In this document: in pieces, positions 49,087-60,027 of the stretch | How the letters are laid out: each line of letters begins with the position of its first letter | Position numbering within the stretch: the stretch's first letter is position 1 | Origin: Planctomycetota bacterium | GTDB taxonomy: Bacteria > Planctomycetota > SZUA-567 > H5-PLA8 | Assembly: GCA_038227875.1 (NCBI GenBank) | Contig: JBBRPR010000002.1 | Coordinates: 224,001-288,000, forward strand | Direction of reading: 5' to 3' | Length of the DNA: 64,000 nucleotides | Notes under the pieces: generated by a model | Seen by the model: only the letters and a program-made list of their open reading frames with translations | Databases searched by the model: none | What the model was told of the DNA's origin: nothing | Position numbers and translations under genes: made by a program

Positions 49087-52000
49087 ATGATTGACACAGT
49101 CACCGAAATTGTTGGCAATGCCATTGGCACGATTTTCCCCTCGCGGTCCGCGAGCGTTTTGAAAAAGCTGCTTCCCCGCGTGGAACAGATCAACGCGATG
49201 GAGCCGAAGACCGCAAAGCTGACCGACGCGGAGCTGAAAGGCCGGACCGAGCATTTCCGCAAGGAGATCGCCGAGATCCGCGCCAAGAATCCCGATGCGG
49301 ACAAGAACGGGATGATTGAACGTTATCTCGATTCGATCGTGCCCGAAGCCTTCGCGCTGGTCCGCGAAGCGGGCAAGCGCGCGCTGGGCATGCGGCACTT
49401 CGATGTGCAGATGATCGGCGGCATGGTGCTTCACGGCCTGGCCTCTCCGATCAAGGAAAAGCAGAACCGCGGCATGATCTCCGAGATGGTGACCGGTGAA
49501 GGCAAGACGCTGGTTGCGTCGCTCCCCAGTTACCTCAATGCATTGCCGCGCCGCGAACACGAATACGCCTATGTTCACGTCGTCACTGTCAATGATTATC
49601 TGGCCAAACGTGACGCGGAGTGGAATCGGCCGCTGTTCGAATTGCTGGGTATGACCGTCGGCGCCATTCAGGGTTCGATGGATTCAGCGGACCGGCACCC
49701 GGCCTATGGCAGCGACATTGTTTACGGTACGAACGCCGAATTCGGCTTCGATTACCTCCGCGACAACATGAAGATGGACGCGGAAAAGCAGGTGCAGCAG
49801 ATGCGGCACTTCGCGATCGTCGACGAAGTCGATTCGATCCTGATCGACGAAGCGCGCACGCCGCTGATCATCTCCGGCGGCGCCGAAGAGGAGATCACCG
49901 AGCGCTACCTCACCGCCGCGAAGCTGGCCGAACATTTGAAGCCCACGCCGCTGTCGGAAATCGAACGCATCGAGGACCTGCGCCTGCAGGGCGTCTTCGA
50001 AGAACCGCAGTCGGGCCACTATGTCGTCGACGAGAAGGACCACACGGTGACGCTGACGGCCGAGGGTATCCGCGAAGCCGAGCGCGTGCTGCAGATCGAC
50101 AATTTTTACTCCGGCAAGCACATGGACTGGCCGCATTACATTTCCAACGCGCTCTCGGCCAAGGAACTCTATAAGAAGGAAGTGAAGTACGTCGTCCAGC
50201 AGAGCCGCAAGAACAAGATGGAAGTGCTGATCGTCGATGAATTCACCGGCCGCATCATGGACGGCCGGCGCTGGGCCGACGGCTTGCATCAGGCCGTTGA
50301 AGCGAAGGAAGTGCTGGCCGGCGAAAAGATCGAGATGGAAGCCGAGACGCACACGCTGGCGACGATCACGATTCAGAATTTCTTCAAGCTTTACAAGAAA
50401 CTCGCCGGCATGACCGGAACGGCCGTCACCGAGTCGCGCGAGTTCGGGCAGATTTACAAGCTGGAAGTCGTCAGCATCCCCACCAATCGCCCGATGCGCC
50501 GCATCAACTACCCGGACGTGATCTACGGTTCGGAAAAAGAGAAGTGGGAAGCGATCTGCCTGGAGATCGAAGACGTCAACGCCACGGGGCGTCCGATCCT
50601 GGTCGGTACGACCTCGGTCGAAAAGTCGGAACTGCTGGCGGGCATGCTGGAACGCCGCGGCTACCGCGGACGCTTTGAAATTCTGAATGCCAAGCAGCAC
50701 GCGCGCGAAGCCGTGATCGTGGCCAAAGCCGGACACCTCGGCGCGATCACCGTCGCGACCAACATGGCCGGCCGCGGCACCGACATTCTGTTGGCGAATT
50801 TCACTTTCGCCGACATGGTCGCGCACTGGCAGAAGATTGGCCTGGCACCCAAGCAGTTCGACATCAACCGACCGCGCGAACAGCTGGAAGAACACCTGGT
50901 CGGTTTCTGGCTGAAGCATTTCAACGAGCAGTTGTTCAAGGACACGCCGCAGGAAAAGCGCCGCGAAGTGCTCGATAAGTGGTGCCGCGAAAACGGGCGC
51001 AACCCGCTCAAGCTTGCCGAGAGCGTCAAGGAACTCGGCGGCCTCCACATCATCGGCAGCGAACGTCACGAAGCGCGGCGCATCGACAATCAGTTGCGCG
51101 GCCGTTCGGGACGCCAGGGCGATCCGGGCAGCTCGCGCTTCTTCCTTTCGCTCGACGACGACCTGATGCGCATCTTCGCGAAGGATTGGGTGCGCGGATT
51201 CCTTGTCGCCAGCGGCATGAAGGACGGCGTGCCTCTGGAATCGCGCATGGTCAGCCGCTCGATTGAAAAAGCGCAGCGCCGCGTCGAGGAACATCACTTC
51301 GGGACGCGCAAACGGCTGCTGGAATACGACGAAGTCAACAACGAGCAGCGTAAGCTGGTCTACAGCCTGCGCCAGAAGGTGCTCGAATCGCGCGAACTGA
51401 AAGAGACCATGATCGACTGGGTCGAAGATGTGATCGCGATGGCGATGGAACGCGAAATCGGTATCCAGGATCCGCCGCCGCCCAGCGCGCTGGTGAGCCT
51501 CGCCACGTGGGCGAAGCGCAAGTTCGGCATCGAGATCACGCCGCAGGAACTCGGCGACAAGTCGCCCGATGAAGTCGAGAAGCACCTGATGGACCGCATC
51601 CGCACGCTTTACAACGAGCGCGACGTACAGCTTGGCGAAGTCGAAACGTTCAAGGACAAGACGCTGCATTACACCGAAGCCGAACGCAATCTCCCGCCCG
51701 AACAGCTGGTGGAAGTCTGCAAGAAGAAGATGGCCGAGGCGATCGGCCTCGACGATCCGTCCAAGGTGGAATTTGACGCCGCGCGGGTGGCCGAGGGTTA
51801 CGTGCCGGGATACGTGCGCATTCCGCAGAAGGACCGCAAGATGCGCCTGCTGGAACGCTTCCTGTTCCTCGACATCATCGACACGAAGTGGAAGGACCAC
51901 CTGCGCAACATGGACAGTCTGCGCGAAGGCATTTACCTCCGCGGCTACGCGCAGCGCGATCCGAAGCTCGAATTCAAGCGCGAAGGCTTCAAACTCTTCG

Positions 52001-52416
52001 AAGACATGTTCGCCTCAATGAAGGAACAGGCGACGGACATGATTTTGAAGATGCAGGTCAGCGAGGAAGTCGAGAAACAGGAAGTCGCGTCGGTCTGGAA
52101 CGAAGAGCAAGCGCAGACGATCCATCAGGAAGCCAGCAGCGCGTTCTCCGGAGCGCCCGCGGAAGCGGCGGCTCCGGCCGGCGGCGGCTCGGCCGAGATG
52201 GAAGCGCAAAGCGAACACGGCGGCGAGAAGCTCAAGCCCGTCGAAACGATCCGCAAAACCACGCGCGTGGCCGGCCCGAACGACCCGTGCCCGTGCGGCT
52301 CAGGCAAGAAGTATAAGAAATGCCACGGCCGCACCGGCGGAGACATCGACGACCTGATCGCCGATCGCGGTCAGAGCAAGAAGGAACACAAGGGCGAGGT
52401 ACGTCTCGGCGGCTGA
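49087..52416 (+). CDS. secA: Preprotein translocase ATPase SecA
   Basis: [83 protein letters not shown]. Confidence 0.98.
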   Translation: MIDTVTEIVGNAIGTIFPSRSASVLKKLLPRVEQINAMEPKTAKLTDAELKGRTEHFRKEIAEIRAKNPDADKNGMIERYLDSIVPEAFALVREAGKRALGMRHFDVQMIGGMVLHGLASPIKEKQNRGMISEMVTGEGKTLVASLPSYLNALPRREHEYAYVHVVTVNDYLAKRDAEWNRPLFELLGMTVGAIQGSMDSADRHPAYGSDIVYGTNAEFGFDYLRDNMKMDAEKQVQQMRHFAIVDEVDSILIDEARTPLIISGGAEEEITERYLTAAKLAEHLKPTPLSEIERIEDLRLQGVFEEPQSGHYVVDEKDHTVTLTAEGIREAERVLQIDNFYSGKHMDWPHYISNALSAKELYKKEVKYVVQQSRKNKMEVLIVDEFTGRIMDGRRWADGLHQAVEAKEVLAGEKIEMEAETHTLATITIQNFFKLYKKLAGMTGTAVTESREFGQIYKLEVVSIPTNRPMRRINYPDVIYGSEKEKWEAICLEIEDVNATGRPILVGTTSVEKSELLAGMLERRGYRGRFEILNAKQHAREAVIVAKAGHLGAITVATNMAGRGTDILLANFTFADMVAHWQKIGLAPKQFDINRPREQLEEHLVGFWLKHFNEQLFKDTPQEKRREVLDKWCRENGRNPLKLAESVKELGGLHIIGSERHEARRIDNQLRGRSGRQGDPGSSRFFLSLDDDLMRIFAKDWVRGFLVASGMKDGVPLESRMVSRSIEKAQRRVEEHHFGTRKRLLEYDEVNNEQRKLVYSLRQKVLESRELKETMIDWVEDVIAMAMEREIGIQDPPPPSALVSLATWAKRKFGIEITPQELGDKSPDEVEKHLMDRIRTLYNERDVQLGEVETFKDKTLHYTEAERNLPPEQLVEVCKKKMAEAIGLDDPSKVEFDAARVAEGYVPGYVRIPQKDRKMRLLERFLFLDIIDTKWKDHLRNMDSLREGIYLRGYAQRDPKLEFKREGFKLFEDMFASMKEQATDMILKMQVSEEVEKQEVASVWNEEQAQTIHQEASSAFSGAPAEAAAPAGGGSAEMEAQSEHGGEKLKPVETIRKTTRVAGPNDPCPCGSGKKYKKCHGRTGGDIDDLIADRGQSKKEHKGEVRLGG

Positions 52417-52445
52417 GGCGGCGCTTGGCGCAGGACTGAGGACTG

Positions 52446-52481
52446 AAAAAAAACTCGCCGCATTTAGCGGCGAGTTTTTTT
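52446..52481. terminator. Bidirectional intrinsic terminator
   Basis: A8-CTCGCCGC-ATTTA-GCGGCGAG-T7 between convergent secA and M16 genes; flanked by AGGACTG and ATTCGAC heptamers. Confidence 0.9.
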
Positions 52482-52502
52482 ATTCGACATTCGACATTCG
52501 CA

Positions 52503-54179
52503 TCACTTCACTGGCATGCCGAGAATACTTTCCGTCTCCAGATCCTTGCCGTTTGAATTCACGATCCGTCCGACCGTGCGGTTTTTCTTCAGGAAGTACT
52601 TTTGCGCCACGGCGGTCACCTGCTCGGGCGTCACGGCGCTGATCTGCTGGATCTCCTTGAACAGATCGTGCCAGTCGCCGGTGATCGCCTGATAGTCGGC
52701 CAGCTCCTGCGCCAGGCCCATGTTCGAGCGCAGCTTGCGGAGCACGTCGGCGCGGTAGCGCGTCACCACACGCTGCAGCTCTTCGTTGCTGGGCGTTTCG
52801 GTTTTCAGCTTCTCGATTTCCGCCAGCAATACCGTTTCCAGTTCGTCGGCGCTCTGACCTTCGGACGGCTCGCCGTTGAAGAAGAAGAGGCGCGGGTAGC
52901 GCGCACCCGGTCCCATCCATGAGCCGATGTTGTTGGCCTTGCGCGCTTTCACCAGATGCGTGTACATCCGCGAGGCATGTCCGCTGGTGGCGATTTCGTC
53001 GAGCACCGTCAGCGCGGCGTTGTCGGGATGGTTGCGCTCGGGAATGTGGTAGCCGATCATCAGCGCCGGTTGCGCGGGGAATTCGACTTCAACACGGCGT
53101 TCGCCGTCCTGGGCCGGTTCGACGGTGACGAGCTTCTCCGGATCGGGCGCGGCGGGAATGCGGCCGAAATATTGCGTCAGCAGAGCCTTCGTGGCCGCGA
53201 CATCGATGTCCCCGACCACCACCACAATCGTATTGCTGGGCACGTAATGTTCGCGGTAGAAGCGCCGCACTTTTTCGCGGCTGTATTCGAGAATGTCGCT
53301 GCGCGCGCCGATCACCGCGGTACCGTACGGATGAGCCTGGTAGGCGGCGCCGAGGAATACTTCGTAAAGTTTGCCGAACGGGCTGGAATCGGTGCGCATG
53401 CGGCGCTCTTCCAGCACTACTTGCTTCTCTTTTTCGAGCTGGCGCGGGAAGGTGTTCATGTAGCGGTCGGATTCCAGCGCCGCCCACAGTTCCAGCTTGT
53501 TGGCCGGCAGCGAAACATGGTAGTCGGTGCAGTCGTCGCTCGTGAACGCGTTCAGGCCCGAACCGCCGTTGCGGCCGATGATGTCCGAATACTGATTCTG
53601 CTCGACGTACTGCTCCGCGTTTTTCACCTTCTCGGCAAAAGTCTTCACCAGATCGCCGAGCTGCGCCTTGTCCTCGTCCTTAAGCTTCACGCCGTCCTTG
53701 GCCCACTTCGCCGCCAGCGCGTCGACGCTCTTGGCGTACGCGTCGGGATTGCCGCCGGTGCTGGTGACCTGCGCGAGCAGCGAAAGAAATCCATCGCGCA
53801 TGTCGGCGGGGAGCTTCTGTTCGAAGTTCTGAATCTTTTCGTAGAGTTTGTCGATCTCCGCGACGGCTGTCTGTTCCAGCGCGAAGTTCTTCGTGCCGAC
53901 GTACGGCGTTCCTTTAAAGGCGAGGTGTTCGAGCTGGTGCGCGATGCCGGTGATGCCGACGTGCTCGTCGACGGAGCCGGTCTTTACATACGTGACGCAG
54001 GAGATCACCGGCGCCGCGCCGCGCGAATACAGGATGATCGTCAGGCCGTTGTCGAGCTTGAAGGACGTGATCTTGTTCTGAATGTCCGCGAATTCTTCCT
54101 CGGCAGCGGTGCAGCAGGAGAACGAGTGCGTGGCAAGCGCCAGAACGATCGCCGCGAGTGCCCGAAAATTCCGCATCAC
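52503..54179 (-). CDS. M16 family (insulinase-like) exported zinc peptidase
   Basis: Signal peptide, LDNGL, GSVDE, HQLEH (HxxEH), LNAFTS.D, VVLEERRMR. Confidence 0.92.
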   Translation of the reverse strand: MMRNFRALAAIVLALATHSFSCCTAAEEEFADIQNKITSFKLDNGLTIILYSRGAAPVISCVTYVKTGSVDEHVGITGIAHQLEHLAFKGTPYVGTKNFALEQTAVAEIDKLYEKIQNFEQKLPADMRDGFLSLLAQVTSTGGNPDAYAKSVDALAAKWAKDGVKLKDEDKAQLGDLVKTFAEKVKNAEQYVEQNQYSDIIGRNGGSGLNAFTSDDCTDYHVSLPANKLELWAALESDRYMNTFPRQLEKEKQVVLEERRMRTDSSPFGKLYEVFLGAAYQAHPYGTAVIGARSDILEYSREKVRRFYREHYVPSNTIVVVVGDIDVAATKALLTQYFGRIPAAPDPEKLVTVEPAQDGERRVEVEFPAQPALMIGYHIPERNHPDNAALTVLDEIATSGHASRMYTHLVKARKANNIGSWMGPGARYPRLFFFNGEPSEGQSADELETVLLAEIEKLKTETPSNEELQRVVTRYRADVLRKLRSNMGLAQELADYQAITGDWHDLFKEIQQISAVTPEQVTAVAQKYFLKKNRTVGRIVNSNGKDLETESILGMPVK

Positions 54180-55222
54180 TTTTTGCTCCTGGTTTTGCTC
54201 TTGGCTTTGGCTGGTGCCGGGGATTTCTTCTCGGTCTTGGCGGCTGTTTTCTTGACCGGGGCTTTGACAGCCTTTTTAGTATCCGCCGCCGCTGCTTTTT
54301 CGGCTTTCGCGGCCTGCATCGCTTTCGCTTCCTTCGCGGAAAGTTGCGGGCGCGCGGGCTTGTCGGGATACGTGCCGGTCTTCATCGCCCCGGCGTCGCG
54401 CGCGAGTTCCACGGCCGTCCAGAGATTATCCCATTCGTCCTGCGTGTTCTCGCGCGGCGTTTCCAGGATCGCGGGCAGATGCCAGACGCGCGGATCGGCG
54501 AAGAACGCGCGGAAGCCGTCGAGGCCGATCACGCCCTTGCCGATGCTTTCGTGGCGGTCGAGCTTCGAACCGAGCTCGCCCTTCGAATCGTTGAGATGGA
54601 TGCACTTCAGCTTCTTCAGGCCCAGTGTCGCATCGATTTTATCGAGCATCGCTTTGACGCCATCAGGCGTGCGGATGTCGTAACCGGCGGCGATGGCATG
54701 GCAGGTGTCGAGACACAGCCCAAGCCGGTCGCCGAGTGCAGTCTCCTCCAGCAGCGTCGCGATCTCTTCGAAGGTCGTGCCCAGCGTCGTGCCGGAACCG
54801 GACGTGTTCTCGAAGAGAATCTCAGGGCCGCCGGGCACCATTGATGCCGCGTGCTGCATGCACTTGGCCACGCGCGTGCGGCCGATCACCGGACCCGCGC
54901 CGCCGTGGTTGCCGATGTGGAGCACGTAATACTTCGCGCCGATCTGTGCCGCGCGCTGCAGTTCGGTGACGATGCTCTCCGAGGAGAGCTGATAAAATTT
55001 CTCGACGTTCGAAGCGGGATTAATCAGGTACGTGGCGTGGACGACGAGCGGATCGATGCTGTTTGCCGTCAGCCCCGCTCGGAATTGTTCAACGAACTGC
55101 GGATCGAGCGGCGACTTCTGCCAGCCGCGCGGATTGCCGCAGAACACCTGCAGCGCCTGGCAGCCGATGTTCTTCGCGAACGCCGGTCCGTCCTTGAAAC
55201 TCAGATGCATTCCAAAGCGCAA
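54176..55222 (-). CDS. nfo: Endonuclease IV with Lys/Ala-rich C-terminal tail
   Basis: G.H.S, HATYLINPAS, VLHIG, FENTSG, CLDTCH, HLNDSK, DRHE.IG.G, ILETP. Confidence 0.93.
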   Translation of the reverse strand: MRFGMHLSFKDGPAFAKNIGCQALQVFCGNPRGWQKSPLDPQFVEQFRAGLTANSIDPLVVHATYLINPASNVEKFYQLSSESIVTELQRAAQIGAKYYVLHIGNHGGAGPVIGRTRVAKCMQHAASMVPGGPEILFENTSGSGTTLGTTFEEIATLLEETALGDRLGLCLDTCHAIAAGYDIRTPDGVKAMLDKIDATLGLKKLKCIHLNDSKGELGSKLDRHESIGKGVIGLDGFRAFFADPRVWHLPAILETPRENTQDEWDNLWTAVELARDAGAMKTGTYPDKPARPQLSAKEAKAMQAAKAEKAAAADTKKAVKAPVKKTAAKTEKKSPAPAKAKSKTRSKK

Positions 55223-55257
55223 AGTATCATCCTCGTATCGCGGCCATCGTGTTCCGG

Positions 55258-55326
55258 CAGTTTTGAATTTTGAGTTTTGAATTAACTTCGCGGCGACAGT
55301 AATTCAGAACGAAGAACTCAAAACTG
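55258..55326. repeat. Inverted heptamer repeats (TTTTGAR)
   Basis: CAGTTTTGAATTTTGAGTTTTGAATT ... AATTCAGAACGAAGAACTCAAAACTG. Confidence 0.75.
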
Positions 55327-55333
55327 TCCGTCC

Positions 55334-56218
55334 CTACTCATTTTTCGGCTTCAGCTTTTTCTTAACCGGCTTCTCGGCCTTCACCGCCGGCTCTTCCTCG
55401 TCTTCGGCCTTCGGTTCTTCAGTCATGGGCTCGTCGGTCTTCTCTTCGGCATTGGCGTCTTCCGTAGTGGGTGCGGGCTTCTTGGAACTATGAGTCGCCG
55501 CCGGCGCCGGCGGCTTCATCTTTGCGCCGTCGAGGATCACGTGGATTTTGTTGCCTTCGCGTTTCAGCAGCTTGATGACTTTCAGATCTTCGAACGGATT
55601 CTGCTGTGTTCCTGATGCCGCGGGCGGCGCCTTGCCGGTCTGCTCCAGCGCCTTGGTCACGGTGCTCAAGTATAACCGCGCGAAGAACGGCACCGGCCGG
55701 TCGTGCATGATCACCTGCTTGACGTCCAGCTTGGTGAAGCGTCCTTCGTCCATTTCGCAATCGAAGAACAGGTCGATGTTGACGTACTGCGGCGTGGTGG
55801 ATCCAGCTTCCTTGACCGACGACGAGAACTTGACTTCGTAGTCGTTGTCGTGGAATCCGCCGCGGAAGACGACTGTGTCGTTGGCCTTGCTCTTATTTTT
55901 CTTCTTGTCCTCGGCGATGATTTTCTCCATCACGCCGTTGAAGACTTCGGGGGTGACGTATTCGTCGACAATCGCCTTGTTGGCCTGCGCCGTCGAGACC
56001 TTCATGATGATGCGGTCAACGTCTTCCTTCTCGCCTTCGCTCAAATTCAGCGGTGCGTACGTGGCGATGGTCGGCTCTGCCGCGTTCTTGAACCACGAGA
56101 TCGTCTGCCAGACGAGAATGCCAAAGATGATCAGCAGGATCGCAAAAATGCCCGCGACGATCGCCAGGATCTTCAAGCAGCCAAACGACGATTTCTTTTC
56201 TGGAATGGGATCAGCCAC
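55334..56218 (-). CDS. Hypothetical single-pass membrane protein with charged low-complexity tail
   Basis: GTG 56218 with AGGAG SD; KKSSFGCLKILAIV TM. Confidence 0.75.
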   Translation of the reverse strand: MADPIPEKKSSFGCLKILAIVAGIFAILLIIFGILVWQTISWFKNAAEPTIATYAPLNLSEGEKEDVDRIIMKVSTAQANKAIVDEYVTPEVFNGVMEKIIAEDKKKNKSKANDTVVFRGGFHDNDYEVKFSSSVKEAGSTTPQYVNIDLFFDCEMDEGRFTKLDVKQVIMHDRPVPFFARLYLSTVTKALEQTGKAPPAASGTQQNPFEDLKVIKLLKREGNKIHVILDGAKMKPPAPAATHSSKKPAPTTEDANAEEKTDEPMTEEPKAEDEEEPAVKAEKPVKKKLKPKNE

Positions 56219-56301
56219 GCGCGAACTCCTTGTGTGATTGGAATTAACATTCAACCACAACGAGTTACGTGCGACAAGTGGAGTACAATCGCCGATTAAA
56301 T

Positions 56302-56337
56302 AAGCCAGCATGGGGACTATGGTCCCCATGCTGGCTT
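56302..56337. terminator. Strong hairpin, probable terminator
   Basis: AAGCCAGCATGGGGAC-TATG-GTCCCCATGCTGGCTT, 16-bp stem with A/T-rich flanks. Confidence 0.75.
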
Positions 56338-56377
56338 TTAACCACCTGGCCAATTGGCCATAAGTAAAACTACAACG

Positions 56378-56668
56378 CTACTTCGTCGCCATCTCCTTCG
56401 CTGAGTTCTTCTGAATCAGCGAGATGATCACTTGGTCGGAGACGTGGGCCTTGTGGAGCGCGATCACATCGTCAGACGTGAGGTGCTTGGTCGCCTTCGC
56501 CTTTTCCACGGCGTCGATCAACTGTGTCTCCGTCGCGCCGCTCTGGGCAAGGCCCACGACGTCCGGCGTCGGGCCTGTGGCCGTTTGCGAACGCGAGTAG
56601 AGGAAGAAGCCGGCCACTCCAACCAGTACCAACGCGCCGAGCCCCAGGAACATGCCTTTGGTGTTCAT
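56378..56668 (-). CDS. Small membrane-anchored hypothetical protein
   Basis: N-terminal TM; internal duplication DVVGLAQSGATETQLI / DVIALHKAHVSDQVII; GGAGG SD. Confidence 0.75.
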   Translation of the reverse strand: MNTKGMFLGLGALVLVGVAGFFLYSRSQTATGPTPDVVGLAQSGATETQLIDAVEKAKATKHLTSDDVIALHKAHVSDQVIISLIQKNSAKEMATK

Positions 56669-57207
56669 GATTTCAACCCTCCCTTATCTTCTGTTTCAGA
56701 TGCTGCAATCTCACTACTGCCCTGTATCTCTAACGATTCATCCGTGGCAGTATTCAGTATCAGTGGAGAAGCGAGTGCAGGGCCAATGTGCATTCACAGT
56801 TCTAAATCATTGGCGTAACAAGTCTTGCATCGGCATTTGAGGGCGTGGACGTGAGCGTATATCGACCGATTTCCGGTGGCGCGGCGAGATTCGGAAGGGA
56901 ACTACAGGCGTTGTGATAGCTGATGGAAAGGACAGCACGAAAGATGGAAATTGGTCCCGTCTCTGGACAATCTATTCTAATCCGTTAGGTTATCCACGCT
57001 TCCGTCGTCGGGCTCGGGCGGAGGCCTTTGCTTTTCGAGCCCAAGTGTTACCTCAGAACGGCGCAATTCGCGGCATCGATCGAAGTGGGGCTGTGCACTG
57101 AACACCCCGGCCGGAACGAGTTCGGCTGAATCGAGACAGCGGCGCGCAAGAGGATTCCCACCGGCTGAAAAATGCCGCGGCGGAATCCAGAAGGAGTTTT
57201 CACCGCA

Positions 57208-57972
57208 ATGCCCATTATCAATGCCAAGGACCTGCTGGCCACGGGTGCTCATTTCGGACATCGCACCAGCCGCTGGAATCCCAAGATGGAGCCGTACATT
57301 CTTGGGAAGAAGAACAAGATTCACATCATCAACCTGCGCGAAACCGTCCGCGGCATCGTCGCTGCCTACCACTACTGCAGCAAGATTGTGGGCGAAGGCA
57401 AGCAGGTGCTGTTCGTCGGCACCAAGCGCCAGGCGCGCGAAATCGTCACGATGCACGCGCAGCGCTGCGGCATGCCGTACGTCGCGGAACGCTGGCTGGG
57501 CGGTTCGATGACCAATCTCGAAACGATCCGCAAGCGCGTCAGCCGCTTGATCGAACTGGAAGGCTTCGACGCCACCGGCGAAATCAATACCTACTCGAAG
57601 AAGATGCAGAGCTCGCTCAACCGCGAAAAGCGCAAGATCAAGCGCAACTTGGACGGCATCCGCACGATGCAGAAGCTGCCCGGCGCGCTGTTCATCATCG
57701 ATCCGCGCCTGGAACACAACGCGGTCATGGAAGCCCGCCGCCTGGCGATTCCGGTCATCGCGATGCTCGACACCGATGCCGATCCGACGCTGATCGACCT
57801 GCCGATTCCGGCCAACGATGACGCCATCCGCTCGATCGACCTGGTCGTGGCGAAGGTTGCCGACGGCTGCCTGGAAGGCTCCAACAAGCGCAAGTCCGGC
57901 GGCGGTTCCGCGCCGTTCGTCGCGCATCAGCCCAAGGAAGGCGCTCCGGCCACGCCCACCGGCGGAAAGTAA
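57208..57972 (+). CDS. rpsB: 30S ribosomal protein S2
   Basis: [43 protein letters not shown]. Confidence 0.98.
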   Translation: MPIINAKDLLATGAHFGHRTSRWNPKMEPYILGKKNKIHIINLRETVRGIVAAYHYCSKIVGEGKQVLFVGTKRQAREIVTMHAQRCGMPYVAERWLGGSMTNLETIRKRVSRLIELEGFDATGEINTYSKKMQSSLNREKRKIKRNLDGIRTMQKLPGALFIIDPRLEHNAVMEARRLAIPVIAMLDTDADPTLIDLPIPANDDAIRSIDLVVAKVADGCLEGSNKRKSGGGSAPFVAHQPKEGAPATPTGGK

Positions 57973-58079
57973 GCAAGCAGCGCGTCAGCAGTACAATTAA
58001 TCTTCGCGCCTCGGCGTTTGTTGCGCCGAGGCGCTCCCATTATACTAACAATGCGCGTCCGGGATGCGGGCGCGTGAGG

Positions 58080-58180
58080 GCTTTGGCTCTCGGCTCTTTG
58101 CACTTGGCTCTTGGTCCTGCCGGGTTGGACGTATCCATCGCCTGACAGGACCAAGAGCCAAGAGCTAAGAGCCAAGAGCT
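58080..58180. repeat. Inverted heptamer repeats (CTTGGCT / AGCCAAG)
   Basis: ...CTTGGCTCTTGGTCCTG ... CAGGACCAAGAGCCAAGAGCTAAGAGCCAAGAGC. Confidence 0.85.
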
Positions 58181-58204
58181 GATCTGATCGAAGGAGAGAT
58201 GAGA

Positions 58205-59074
58205 ATGAGCGACATTAACGCCGCATTGGTTGGAAAACTCCGTGAGAAATCCGGCGCGCGGCTGATGGATTGCAAAAAGGCGCTGACCGAAACGCAGGCG
58301 GAATTCGGCGGCAGGGGCGAAAGCCCGTGGCTCGACGCGGCCGAAGGCTGGCTGCGCAAGAAGAGCCTCGACAAGGGCGGCTCGATGGCCGAGCGCGCGG
58401 CCGCAGAAGGCTTGCTGGGACACAAGGTCTCCAACGGTGGCAAGACGCTGACGGTTGTCGAAATGACGGCCAACACGGATTTCGTGGCGAAGAACCCGGA
58501 ATTCACGACGCTGCTGAACTCGCTGGTCGAAATGGCCGACGCCAACAAGATCGATTCGGCCGAAAAGCTGAGCGCCATGACGCTCAACGGCCAGCCCGTC
58601 ACCGATGTGGTCAAGTCGCTGGCCGGCAAGATCGGTGAGAACATCAGCCTCAAGCGCGTCGTCCGCTTCGACGGTGAAATCGGCTTCTACATTCATCACG
58701 ACAACAAGCAGGGCGCCGTGGTGGAACTCGAAGGCGTCACCGGCGAAAAGGCGCAGGCGCTGGGCAAGGATATCTCCATGCATATCGTCTTCGCCAAGCC
58801 CAATTGCCTCACCCGCGAAGAAGTGAATCCGGAGCTGATCAAGAAGGAGCAGGACATCGCGACGGAACGCTTGAAGGCCGATCCCAAGAACGCCAACAAG
58901 CCGCCGGAGATCATGGCCAAGATCGTCGCCGGCCAGGTCACCAAGTTCTACTCAACGCTCGTGCTGCCCGATCAGCCGTACTACAAGGACGGCGCCAAGA
59001 CGGTCGCGCAGATCCTGAAGGACAACGGCGCAACGGTGAAGCGATTCGTGCGGTTCGAAGTCGGAGTCGTTTGA
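58205..59074 (+). CDS. tsf: Elongation factor Ts
   Basis: LREKSGA.LMDCKKAL, TDFVAKN, KIGENI, KRFVRFEVG. Confidence 0.97.
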   Translation: MSDINAALVGKLREKSGARLMDCKKALTETQAEFGGRGESPWLDAAEGWLRKKSLDKGGSMAERAAAEGLLGHKVSNGGKTLTVVEMTANTDFVAKNPEFTTLLNSLVEMADANKIDSAEKLSAMTLNGQPVTDVVKSLAGKIGENISLKRVVRFDGEIGFYIHHDNKQGAVVELEGVTGEKAQALGKDISMHIVFAKPNCLTREEVNPELIKKEQDIATERLKADPKNANKPPEIMAKIVAGQVTKFYSTLVLPDQPYYKDGAKTVAQILKDNGATVKRFVRFEVGVV

Positions 59075-59181
59075 CGCTGGACGTTTGAAGAGTAAGGTAA
59101 TGAGGACTGAGAAGCGCCGATCCTGGCGCTCTCAGTCCTCAGTCTTATCCAGCCGAATTTAACAATCCGAGAGCCGATTCC

Positions 59182-60027
59182 ATGTCGAGTACTGCGGACA
59201 ACCACGACTCGAGCATCAGCAAGAAAAAACCCGTCGGCTCGATCGACATCAACCGCCCCAAGCCGCCGTCGTCGGGGTTCACTCCGGCGGTCAACGACGA
59301 CCGGGTGCCGCGGTACAAGCGCATCATTTTGAAGCTGTCCGGCGAAATGCTCGGCGGCGATTCCGGCAAGGGCATCGACCCGGCGCAGATTCAGGTGCTC
59401 TGCGAACAGATCGTGGAACTCAAAGACCGCGTTGAAATCGCGGTCGTCATCGGCGGCGGCAACATCATCCGCGGCGATGCGGCGAGCAAAGGCAGCGAAC
59501 TGCTCCACCGCGCCACGGCCGATTACATGGGCATGCTGGCGACCATCATGAACGCCCTGGCGCTGCAGGACGCGCTGGAGAGCATGGGCGCGGAAACGCG
59601 CGTGATGTCGGCGATCAAGGCCGAAGAAGTCTGCGAACCGTACATCCGCCGCCGCGCGCTGCGCCATCTGGAACTCAAGCGCGTCGTGATTCTCGCCGGC
59701 GGCACCGGCAACCCGTACTTCACCACCGATACGACCGCGGCGCTGCGCGCGATGGAGATCAAGGCGGAGATCCTGATGAAGGCGACGAAGGTCGCCGGCG
59801 TCTTCGATTCCGATCCGGCCAAGAATCCCAACGCAAAGAAATACGACAAGCTCAACTACATGCAGGTACTGCGCGACCGCCTGGGCGTGATGGACACGAC
59901 CGCCATCTCCCTGTGCATGGACAACAAGCTGCCGATCCTGGTTTTCAGCCTCAAGGAACAGGGCAACATCCGCCGCGCAGTGATGGGCGAGAATATCGGC
60001 ACGATGGTCTGCGCCGAAGGAGAGTAA
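59182..60027 (+). CDS. pyrH: UMP kinase
   Basis: [40 protein letters not shown]. Confidence 0.97.
   Translation: MSSTADNHDSSISKKKPVGSIDINRPKPPSSGFTPAVNDDRVPRYKRIILKLSGEMLGGDSGKGIDPAQIQVLCEQIVELKDRVEIAVVIGGGNIIRGDAASKGSELLHRATADYMGMLATIMNALALQDALESMGAETRVMSAIKAEEVCEPYIRRRALRHLELKRVVILAGGTGNPYFTTDTTAALRAMEIKAEILMKATKVAGVFDSDPAKNPNAKKYDKLNYMQVLRDRLGVMDTTAISLCMDNKLPILVFSLKEQGNIRRAVMGENIGTMVCAEGE

Noticed and set aside
49684..51900. 738-aa minus-strand ORF
   Set aside because: Antisense shadow of secA
56669..57000. Possible tRNA or ncRNA in the long intergenic region
   Set aside because: No cloverleaf, T-loop or recognisable RNA family motif seen; probably divergent promoters
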